A stretch of 64,000 nt of DNA from a virus. This document shows positions 48,757 to 57,146 of the stretch, piece after piece. Made by a program: the position numbers and the translations under genes. Position 1 is the stretch's first letter. Every line of letters begins with the position of its first letter. The DNA lies in IMG/VR virus record IMGVR_UViG_3300045988_139374, positions 160,001-224,000 of that record. One strand, given 5' to 3'. Below the pieces are notes generated by a model. That model worked only from the letters and a program-made list of their open reading frames with translations, was not told the origin of the DNA and ran no database searches.

Positions 48757-48797
48757 GGAGTGGGTTCCATTCGCCCACTCCTTTTATTTTTTTTTTC
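48757..48797 (+). terminator. rho-independent terminator (near-identical to 1286..1325)
   Basis: GGAGTGG 48757-48763 pairs with CCACTCC 48775-48781, followed by T-run. Confidence 0.7.
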
Positions 48798-48821
48798 AAA
48801 AAGTAGATTAAAATACAATAA

Positions 48822-49115
48822 TCTGACGCTTCTATTAAGTACATAGATATTTCATTACATCTAAAGAGTAGTATATCATATGAACATAACATATCATCAA
48901 ATCCTATTATATCTATTATAGGAGTTTTTACAAATATTAGTAATTGTATTCCAATACTTAATAATCTATCTTTTGAAGAAAAAATTGATTCTAATGATAA
49001 CTTAGTCGAATTCCAAGTAATTGACTATAATTTATATACTATAAGTAGTGGAAAATTAATATTAACAAAAGTATCTGGATATGTTACTATATTTTATATT
49101 GAACCTTCCAATTAA
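48822..49115 (+). other. start-less cassette C16 (97 codons)
   Basis: Signal at 48824-48839, directly after the promoter-like box; SDASIKYIDISLHLK...YVTIFYIEPSN-stop. Confidence 0.55.
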
Positions 49116-49119
49116 ATAA

Positions 49120-49626
49120 TCTGACGCTTCTAAGAATTTTGGAAATGGAAGTTTTATTAAATCCATTACTTATGAAGGATATTATACAATTAGTGATAAA
49201 TATATAAACCATATGAGTTCAGATACTTGTATTAGAACTACTGTATCTAAAATGTATGATGTTGTGTTATTCGCTGAATTAGAAACTACAAACAATACTT
49301 TATTAGCTGAGCAAAATCCATATGTTAAAGTATTTCAAAATATTATCAAAGGTTCATTTGCTGGATATGTATTTATGAATTTAATGCCTACATCTTGGAA
49401 GATTTTATATAATAATACTTCTAGCAATGATTTTATTGGGCCATATGTTGAATATGATCATTGTCCTACAAGTGGTGTAGTAGCTAGAAGAAATAGATTA
49501 TCCATAGAAAGATACTGTGCAAAGTATACTAACAATATGGATTATCAATTATTAGCTAGACAAGGCATTAGATATGATGTATATGGTCTAATGCTTAGAG
49601 ATGAAATTGCTAATCTATTTAGATAA
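49120..49626 (+). other. start-less large cassette C17 (168 codons)
   Basis: Signal at 49122-49137; SDASKNFGNGSFIKSITYEG... is homologous to C11. Confidence 0.55.
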
Positions 49627-49627
49627 G

Positions 49628-49881
49628 TATGACGCTTCTATCAAGCGAACTGTTGTTACTCTTAAATATAATAATACCGAAGTAGGATGTAAATTTACAT
49701 TAGGAGCTCCAGTTGGAGGATATATACTTACAGAAATTAATAGCTGGATTGTAATACGTATGGATAAAAATATGAATATTCTATATTTGGAATTTATGTT
49801 CGTACTTGGTTAGGTGACGGATTAATTGAAAAAATTCAATATATAGATAATTATTATAAAGCTACTATATTTTACATTTAA
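49628..49881 (+). pseudogene. frameshifted cassette C18
   Basis: Signal at 49630-49645; YDASIKRTVVTL... stops at TAG 49811-49813, while ...YYKATIFYI-stop lies in another frame; one extra A in the A5 run at ~49766-49770 would fuse them. Confidence 0.5.
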
Positions 49882-49886
49882 AAGTA

Positions 49887-49924
49887 TCCCTATGGATTAA
49901 AAGTCCATAGGGACTTTATTTTGA
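49887..49924 (+). terminator. rho-independent terminator
   Basis: TCCCTATGGA 49887-49896 pairs with TCCATAGGGA 49904-49913, followed by T-run. Confidence 0.7.
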
Positions 49925-49987
49925 AAACTTTATAATAAAATCGTATCGAAATCGATACTCTCACTCTAGAAAGGAGCGTATAATATT

Positions 49988-52444
49988 ATGGGACTTAATA
50001 TGAACTATCATTTTTTCCTTGAAGGATATCAGTCTCATTGCCATATTCCTGATTATATTAGGGCTAATAATTCTCAGATTCCAGTAGATGAATCCATTCT
50101 GAAGGCTACACTAGAATTTGCTAATACTTGTAGAAATTCTGTTTCCACTATTACTTCTGTTTCTGAAGCAGATGCTGGTACTGTTCAATTTGAGCAAATT
50201 TATTCTTCTCTATCCACTGCTATTAGATCTGTAGATTCTGTAAAAGCTACTATGCTTAAGACAATAGAAGATGCAAGAATGAATGTAGATAGATCTAGAG
50301 ATCATAAAAACGATCAAATTGAATCTCAATATAATATTGCAGAGAGAGTAAAGTATCTAGATAAAGCTATTCATTTTGCTAGCACATCTAATCCTGATGA
50401 TCTAATGTATAATTCTACTGCTAAGCTTTCTGCAGATATTACAGTTAAAGATCAATCATTCCCCAATCTGAATGCTATTAAAGATATTCTTCATGGAAAG
50501 TCGATTGCTATTCCTGATAATATCACTGCTTCTTCTGATTATACTACTGGTATGATCATGGATAAAGATTCTGTTCTTTATACTCTGCTTGGTAAGTATT
50601 ATTCTCCTGTAGAATCTGCTAGTATTATGCAATTTGCAGTGAACTTCACTAATGATTTTATGGATAATACTAAAATAGATCATAAGATTGAAGTACAGGA
50701 TTATCTAACCGCATTCTCTAATATCAATGCAGTAGATGATATGATCAAGTATCTAGATAATCTTAAAGCAACTACAGAGTCTGCTTTTAATGATTGTCTA
50801 AAAACTATGTATGATTACTGTGATCATCTTAAGGGAGAAGCTTCTACTAATTATAAAGAAAATTATGGTACTGTAATTAGTGCATTGATTAACAATGTAC
50901 AGAATATTATCTGTGCTGCTAATATTGTCACTACTAGAAAAGTAAATATTATTTCTAATCTATATGGTGCAAATGGAGATAGTTGGAAGACTATTGAATT
51001 TGCCCATTCTCTGATTGGTAAATACTATGATAAGATCATTACTCCTAATGTAATGGCACAAGATGCTGGAAAAGATATTCCTAATAATGCTATTGTATTC
51101 AATGGAGCAGATCAAGTTCAAGAATTTTATAATATTCAGAGCCAGTCTAATATTCTAGATATGCTTATTGAGAATGCTTATAATGAATATATGTATGACG
51201 ATGCTCTAGAAAAGGTTTTGCAAGAAGCTACTGCTTTGCATGAAAATGATAATAACGGTGGAAATGCTACTCCTGCAAATGGTGGACAATCTGTAGGCTC
51301 TGGTGGTGATCAAGGATCTACTGGACAAGCTGGTCAGCAAGCTGCTCCTGCACAACAGCAAAATGCTAATAATGGCCAGCAACAGCAACAATCCGGAACT
51401 CAGAATTCTGCCAATAATACAAATGATAAGACTAAGAAGAATAAGTTTGGTATTCTTAATTGGCTGAAGCAAATGATGGGCAGACTCGGTGAAGCTATCA
51501 ACAAGTTTAAACTTCGTGTTGAGGAAATGATTACTAAAGGCCCTGATAAAAAGTTCTGGGCTGATAATAAAGATAAGATTAGAAATATTGATATTTCTGG
51601 TACTGAAGTTAATCAGTGGTATCAATATAAGTTTGATATCTTTAAGAATTCTACTTATATCAAATTCAATCCTACTGATAATACTCTTAAGTCTGATACT
51701 GATCTACAAGATGCTATTCTTTCTAAGATTAATGGCGGTACAAAACCCAATATTAATACTGATGAAAAGGATACATTTGCTACCAAGATCAATAAAGTAT
51801 ATCAGGGTGAATATATTAATATTGAAAATGGTAATGGCAAGACTCTAGGAGATATTCAATACAATAAGGATGCTGCATTTACCTTTGTTGATCAATTTAT
51901 CAATAAAGGATTTAATAGTGAATCTCTAGGCTCTATTACTGAAGATTATCGTAAGATTGATGAAGACTATAAAGATGCTGCTAAGAGATATGATGAATAT
52001 GCTAATCAGTTTAAGCAGACTCAATCTCAGAATCAAGCATCTAATAATTCTGGTGAACCTAAATCTAATGGTAACACTTCTGGAAACTCTGGCAATCAAA
52101 GTGGTAATACACAACAGCAGCAAGCAAATGCTGAATCTGCATTCTCTGATTTTTCCTCTGGATTTAATCTGGCTGAATGCCTTGGATTGATGAACTGTGG
52201 AAACGCTATTAATGAAGCAGATATTAAGCCTGATCAATCTACTGCACAATCTGCAGATCAAGCTAACGGTACTATTGATAATGCTGAGCTTGATAAGATG
52301 ATTCATCGTTGCTTCTCTATGAATATTTCTGCTATTACTGCTAAACTTACTAATGCTATGGCAGCATATAAACAGAATATGCAACTCTTTAAAGCAGTTA
52401 CTAAAGCATCTGCTGTAAAGAATAAGGATAATAATAAAAAGTAA
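49988..52444 (+). CDS. hypothetical protein (818 aa) with Q/N/G-rich low-complexity linkers
   Basis: GAAAGGAG RBS; GQAGQQAAPAQQQNANNGQQQQQSGTQN and SGNSGNQSGNTQQQQ tracts. Confidence 0.65.
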   Translation: MGLNMNYHFFLEGYQSHCHIPDYIRANNSQIPVDESILKATLEFANTCRNSVSTITSVSEADAGTVQFEQIYSSLSTAIRSVDSVKATMLKTIEDARMNVDRSRDHKNDQIESQYNIAERVKYLDKAIHFASTSNPDDLMYNSTAKLSADITVKDQSFPNLNAIKDILHGKSIAIPDNITASSDYTTGMIMDKDSVLYTLLGKYYSPVESASIMQFAVNFTNDFMDNTKIDHKIEVQDYLTAFSNINAVDDMIKYLDNLKATTESAFNDCLKTMYDYCDHLKGEASTNYKENYGTVISALINNVQNIICAANIVTTRKVNIISNLYGANGDSWKTIEFAHSLIGKYYDKIITPNVMAQDAGKDIPNNAIVFNGADQVQEFYNIQSQSNILDMLIENAYNEYMYDDALEKVLQEATALHENDNNGGNATPANGGQSVGSGGDQGSTGQAGQQAAPAQQQNANNGQQQQQSGTQNSANNTNDKTKKNKFGILNWLKQMMGRLGEAINKFKLRVEEMITKGPDKKFWADNKDKIRNIDISGTEVNQWYQYKFDIFKNSTYIKFNPTDNTLKSDTDLQDAILSKINGGTKPNINTDEKDTFATKINKVYQGEYINIENGNGKTLGDIQYNKDAAFTFVDQFINKGFNSESLGSITEDYRKIDEDYKDAAKRYDEYANQFKQTQSQNQASNNSGEPKSNGNTSGNSGNQSGNTQQQQANAESAFSDFSSGFNLAECLGLMNCGNAINEADIKPDQSTAQSADQANGTIDNAELDKMIHRCFSMNISAITAKLTNAMAAYKQNMQLFKAVTKASAVKNKDNNKK

Positions 52445-52454
52445 AAAAAAATAA

Positions 52455-52490
52455 AGAGGAGTAGAGAATCAAACTCTACTCCTCTTATTA
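52455..52490. terminator. terminator between convergent genes
   Basis: AGAGGAGTAGAG 52455-52466 pairs with CTCTACTCCTCT 52474-52485; the upstream A-run gives a T-run on the minus strand. Confidence 0.6.
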
Positions 52491-52512
52491 CATTATTATA
52501 ATGCAGATTCAA

Positions 52513-52788
52513 TTAGATTGGAGCAAGTGAATTTTTAGCAATAGCCGCTTTAAGTTTGGTATTGAATTCTTTATCTGCTTTACATAGTCGGTCAAAGATA
52601 TTTGGTTTCGATTTCTTCGGAACCTCAATAACTTTCTTATCAAGTGTTGGGAATAGATTTGCTACATTTTCAGGAACTCCAGCAGGGATTGTTTTCATAG
52701 TAACAATGTTTGTAGATCCATCATCATTATGTACAATGAATTCATTTTCCTTGTAAAAATCAAAAGCTTTGTAAGTATTGTTAGACAT
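52513..52788 (-). CDS. hypothetical protein
   Basis: 91-aa ORF, GAAAGGA RBS on the minus strand. Confidence 0.55.
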   Translation of the reverse strand: MSNNTYKAFDFYKENEFIVHNDDGSTNIVTMKTIPAGVPENVANLFPTLDKKVIEVPKKSKPNIFDRLCKADKEFNTKLKAAIAKNSLAPI

Positions 52789-52916
52789 AATGTCATCCTT
52801 TCTTCTATCATACGATAGAGCTAAAATTGTTAATAAATATTGAAACTTTGGTACCTCTAATACTATTATTTCATATTTATAATATCTAATTGAATCTGCA
52901 TTTTATTAAAAATAAT

Positions 52917-52948
52917 CCGGGTAGAGGTTAATCCTCTACCCGGTTTTT
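52917..52948. terminator. bidirectional terminator
   Basis: CCGGGTAGAGG 52917-52927 pairs with CCTCTACCCGG 52933-52943, flanked by A- and T-runs. Confidence 0.7.
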
Positions 52949-52950
52949 AT

Positions 52951-55900
52951 TTATTGAATATTATACCTATCTAATGGTAATGTAGGAATAATTTTTCTAC
53001 ACATGTTATCGATCTTCTTAGAACTATAAACTCCAATACCACCGATAAACATACTGAACAATCTATCATCAATGCTTTTATCAAGATCTCCAGGACTTAC
53101 TAAACTGGCATCTTTAGTAACTCTAAGTTTCAAATTAGCAATTGCTAGGATAGTATAGACGAATTGGCTACACACCATCTCAGTTTTGTTCTTAAATTCA
53201 TTTCCAAAGTCAGAAGCTTTCTTAAAGAAAATATTAATGATAGTCTTCATAGAATATTTGGTATCATCTTGATGCTTAATATACCAATCTACAGCATCTC
53301 TCATCATATCTCTCTGAGCTGCAGTGACAAACAATGCATGAACTTTGAATTTAATACTAGGATCAATTTTCCAATACTTCTCAATGGATTCAATAGTGAA
53401 TCCTGCAGACTTACCATCTGCAAAGACATTATTATTTGCATTGAAAGTATACATTTGTTTCATAGAAGAATCAAAGCTCATTGCTGCATGAGACCATTCT
53501 GTATGAGTATACCATTCAATTGCTCTACTATGTAATGCTTTACCACTGAATAGGCAAATATACACAGGAACAATTTTATCCTTTAATTCTTCATAAGTAG
53601 CTTTATTAAAAGAATGGATACTTTTGATATAATCTTCAGCATCAACTTCTCTAAAGATATGCATTGTATGCTTACTATTTCTAACTCTTTCCAATGCTTC
53701 TTCATTAAATGGTATTTCAGGATTCCAACCAAGTATAGAGATTTCACTCTTGATTGCATTTTTTTGTTCAGAGTCACTAGTATTCTTCATTCTTACACAA
53801 AGTTCACTAATAACTCTTTTCCAAGAAGTTTCATCTACTACTTCTTCATGAGAAACATTTACATCAGAACTAAAATAATCAATTTTATCAGTAGGAGAAT
53901 AATATTGATCAATAGGAGCAATAACCATATTAGAATTATCACTAGTATATCCATCTTGATTATTCATATATTTGGATAATAGTCTTGAATACATAGTATC
54001 ATTATCATATCCAAAGATATTATATGCAGTTCTGTTAGATAGAGTTCTCTTATCCTGATTAAGAGCAAGGTATTGATTATACTTTGTTTTCAATCTATCA
54101 ATATCTTCTTTACCTTTATTAGAAACAATATTATCTGGATAGATAAGTACTAGTCCATAATTCTTTTCTGCTTCCTCTGCTTGTTTAATTTTTGCTACAT
54201 AAGTTGTAGCATCATCAGAAAAGACAGTATCATGGCTACTAGAAGTAGAAGCTTCATGAAGAGTATTTAGATTTGCTAGATTAGAAACCTGTTCTTCTAG
54301 TCTAGTAATAGGATCACCAAGAATAAAGGATCTTACCCCTTCACAGATATCTTGAATCTGTTCATCAAAACTCTGTACCTGCTCAAACCTAGTATCATAT
54401 TTAATTTGATCATCGGATAGAAGTTTAGAACCTTCTGTAAGCCTTCTATAGATATAGTCTCTAGAAACTTCTCCTGCAAAGAAAATCTTTCCATAAGCTT
54501 CACACATTGCTAGCTCGTCATATAGCTCTTTTGCTGTTTGCTTATCTTTGATCTTAAACGTGGTATATTTTTTAGAGATTTTAGATTTATCAGTTTTAAA
54601 GACTTTATAGAATCCATGTTCCTCAGGATCTACAGAGTACATTGTATATTGTACAGGATCTTTAGTAATAGAATAATTAAATACATTATTTTGCATATGC
54701 TGGATAATATAATAATTATCTTTATCACATTCATAAGGAATAGGATTCGGAGTTAGAGGAATAGCAGATCCAATAGCACCAGACATAGACTCTGTAATCT
54801 TGCTATTAGTAATAAAAGGCTTAATCATTTTTTCATCTTCAGGAAGGCAAGCATTTACATAATCATTTAGATTCATACCATTCTTAATTTTAGAGCTATT
54901 TACAGAGCCAACATATAGATTTTTATAATTACCCCAAATCCATGCATTTGCAATAGCAATTTTAAGATCGAAAATACTATTATAAGGACCATGAATTCCA
55001 GTTTGTCCATACCAAGCATTTTCAATCCAATAATATTTTCCATTCTGCTTATAATAAGCAGCAGTATGAGTTTTTCCTCCAGGAGAATTTAGATTATTAT
55101 ATTCAATTACAAATAATCTTCCATTAGAAATATCTTTAGTAGACAATTTACTATGAATATAATTTGCTTGATCGTGACAATCTCCATATCCATATTCTTC
55201 TACCTCTTCAGGAGATAGAAGAATTCCAGTAGATTTATATCTAATATTTGTATTCATCCAACTATAAAGCTCTTTAGGATAATTACTATTAGATACAAAT
55301 TCTAGCAAAGTAGATTCATTTACTTTAACAGGATTTGCTTCTAGGGTCATATAGTACAAATCATCGTCTTCATAATAGACTTTAAATCCATATTCATCAT
55401 AAATCATTTTAGCAAGTTTATTATTCTTATCCACAGAGAGATACTTGCAGTTCATAGTTTTAGTAGCGAAATCAAGAATCTGCTTACTCAAACCATGACC
55501 CTTATAATCTTTCATAATATCTAAACTTACAATCCATTTAGTACCATCATCTAGATATTCGCAAGATCCTACTTGAGCTACTAGATTCTCTTTATCAAAC
55601 CACATGTAGCCGTCACATTTATAAGTATCAGTATCTTTACATCTAACATGGCGTAGATCAGGATACTGCTTTTTATACTTTTCAATGATAGTTTCAGTAA
55701 TATGAACCCTCTTTAGAGAAGATAACTCAATTCTATCCTTAGGTTTAAAATTTCTATCTACGGTACTAGCAGTTTCTAGAAGCATACTTTCATTAACTTT
55801 AATAACAGGATCCTTATATCTATGAGCCATGTTATACTTTAGTACTGCCATGATGCTCAATACCTGACTAAAGTCATTATTAACTACTCTTACATAGCTA

Positions 55901-56610
55901 AATTCATTAAGCTGCCTAATAGCTTCTTCCTTTGCTCTAAGCTTCAGCTCATCTTCTCCAGTACGATGAGGATGATTATTTGGATTACTTCCACCATCTT
56001 TAATCTCAATAATAAGATTATAAGGAATATAATAGAAATCAGGAATATAAAGATGAGTCTTTCCTTCATATTGATATTTAATACTAGGAGCAGGAGCTAG
56101 AATATCTTCAGATTCACAATGCATTACTTGATCCATAAACTGAAGAAACTTTCTCTCATAGCTGCCAAAATACTCAATTTTTCCACCATCGGCGAAAGTA
56201 TATTCTCCATGCATTTTACGTCCAGCTAGTGCTTTTCTCTGGACATATTCTGCATACTCAGGATCAGTCTGAAGACGTTCAGTACCATATTTCTTTTTTG
56301 TTCTTTCTGCAACCATCTTCTTATATGCTTCATGACATTTAGGATCATTACAGAGTCTTTCGTATCTTCCTTTATCTTCATTCCAATCAGTAACATTGCC
56401 GCACATGATGCAATGTCCTTCAGTTTTATTATTAATAGTATTAAAAGCAACTCTAAGCGCAGTATATCCTTCAGGAATTAAATCTTCATGTTTTTCTTGA
56501 ATATGAATATGAAGCTTTGCTCTTGTGAATCGTCCTTCACAATAAGGACACTTATATTTTTTCTGGTAAGTGCTCTTAGTAGCATTGGAAACCATAGCTT
56601 CTGATTGCAT
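52951..56610 (-). CDS. 1219-aa multidomain protein: zinc finger + PD-(D/E)xK (TnsA-N-like) nuclease + GNAT acetyltransferase + transglutaminase-like Cys protease + permuted papain/YiiX-like (C92) domain
   Basis: YKCPYCEGRF...HIHIQEKH; YIPDFYY...IIEIKD (~55966-56208); DYKGHGLSKQIL...YGFKV (~55336-55713); YGDCHDQANY...THTAAYY...WIENAW (~54931-55278); TEWSHAAMSF...MVCSQFVYTIL (~53050-53580); AAGGAGGA RBS. Confidence 0.65.
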   Translation of the reverse strand: MQSEAMVSNATKSTYQKKYKCPYCEGRFTRAKLHIHIQEKHEDLIPEGYTALRVAFNTINNKTEGHCIMCGNVTDWNEDKGRYERLCNDPKCHEAYKKMVAERTKKKYGTERLQTDPEYAEYVQRKALAGRKMHGEYTFADGGKIEYFGSYERKFLQFMDQVMHCESEDILAPAPSIKYQYEGKTHLYIPDFYYIPYNLIIEIKDGGSNPNNHPHRTGEDELKLRAKEEAIRQLNEFSYVRVVNNDFSQVLSIMAVLKYNMAHRYKDPVIKVNESMLLETASTVDRNFKPKDRIELSSLKRVHITETIIEKYKKQYPDLRHVRCKDTDTYKCDGYMWFDKENLVAQVGSCEYLDDGTKWIVSLDIMKDYKGHGLSKQILDFATKTMNCKYLSVDKNNKLAKMIYDEYGFKVYYEDDDLYYMTLEANPVKVNESTLLEFVSNSNYPKELYSWMNTNIRYKSTGILLSPEEVEEYGYGDCHDQANYIHSKLSTKDISNGRLFVIEYNNLNSPGGKTHTAAYYKQNGKYYWIENAWYGQTGIHGPYNSIFDLKIAIANAWIWGNYKNLYVGSVNSSKIKNGMNLNDYVNACLPEDEKMIKPFITNSKITESMSGAIGSAIPLTPNPIPYECDKDNYYIIQHMQNNVFNYSITKDPVQYTMYSVDPEEHGFYKVFKTDKSKISKKYTTFKIKDKQTAKELYDELAMCEAYGKIFFAGEVSRDYIYRRLTEGSKLLSDDQIKYDTRFEQVQSFDEQIQDICEGVRSFILGDPITRLEEQVSNLANLNTLHEASTSSSHDTVFSDDATTYVAKIKQAEEAEKNYGLVLIYPDNIVSNKGKEDIDRLKTKYNQYLALNQDKRTLSNRTAYNIFGYDNDTMYSRLLSKYMNNQDGYTSDNSNMVIAPIDQYYSPTDKIDYFSSDVNVSHEEVVDETSWKRVISELCVRMKNTSDSEQKNAIKSEISILGWNPEIPFNEEALERVRNSKHTMHIFREVDAEDYIKSIHSFNKATYEELKDKIVPVYICLFSGKALHSRAIEWYTHTEWSHAAMSFDSSMKQMYTFNANNNVFADGKSAGFTIESIEKYWKIDPSIKFKVHALFVTAAQRDMMRDAVDWYIKHQDDTKYSMKTIINIFFKKASDFGNEFKNKTEMVCSQFVYTILAIANLKLRVTKDASLVSPGDLDKSIDDRLFSMFIGGIGVYSSKKIDNMCRKIIPTLPLDRYNIQ

Positions 56611-56738
56611 ATTTATTCCTCCTTAAATGATATAATCAGTGAATTATTGTGATGTTTTAGAGGTCCTATTTTCACTGACTTACTATTAATATTTGATATT
56701 TAATACAATTATATAATTAGGTAAAGGTGGTAATTCAT

Positions 56739-57113
56739 ATGGTAGAACATTTGCTAACTACAAATGAGTATCTTGAACCTAAAACTCTAAAAGGAGCAGA
56801 TGCTTATGGAACATTGCTTTTTCGTCTATTAATTTTACAACCTGGAGAGAATCCATTACATCCTAGAATGGGTGTTGGATTAGGTCCAAAATATAGATTT
56901 ATTTCTGAAGACGATCTTGAAATGCTAAGATCTAGAATTCAAAATCAAATTGAGACTTATCTTCCTGGTGAATTTCTAACATTGGATGTAAATCTGAACC
57001 TAAAAGAGAATAGTAAGTATTTGCAAATAATTATTATCACTGATGAAACAAAATTTGTATATGATACAGAGAGTAGTTCTACTCCTATAGAGTTGAGTGA
57101 TCTTGTATCATAA
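56739..57113 (+). CDS. baseplate wedge protein, gp25/GPW-like
   Basis: LLFRLLILQPGENPLHPRMGVGL...RSRIQNQIETYLP fits the GPW_gp25 pattern; ATG at 56739 follows AAAGGTGG. Confidence 0.6.
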   Translation: MVEHLLTTNEYLEPKTLKGADAYGTLLFRLLILQPGENPLHPRMGVGLGPKYRFISEDDLEMLRSRIQNQIETYLPGEFLTLDVNLNLKENSKYLQIIIITDETKFVYDTESSSTPIELSDLVS

Positions 57114-57146
57114 CATTGAAATCTTTTAAAGAAGGAGAATCAACAA

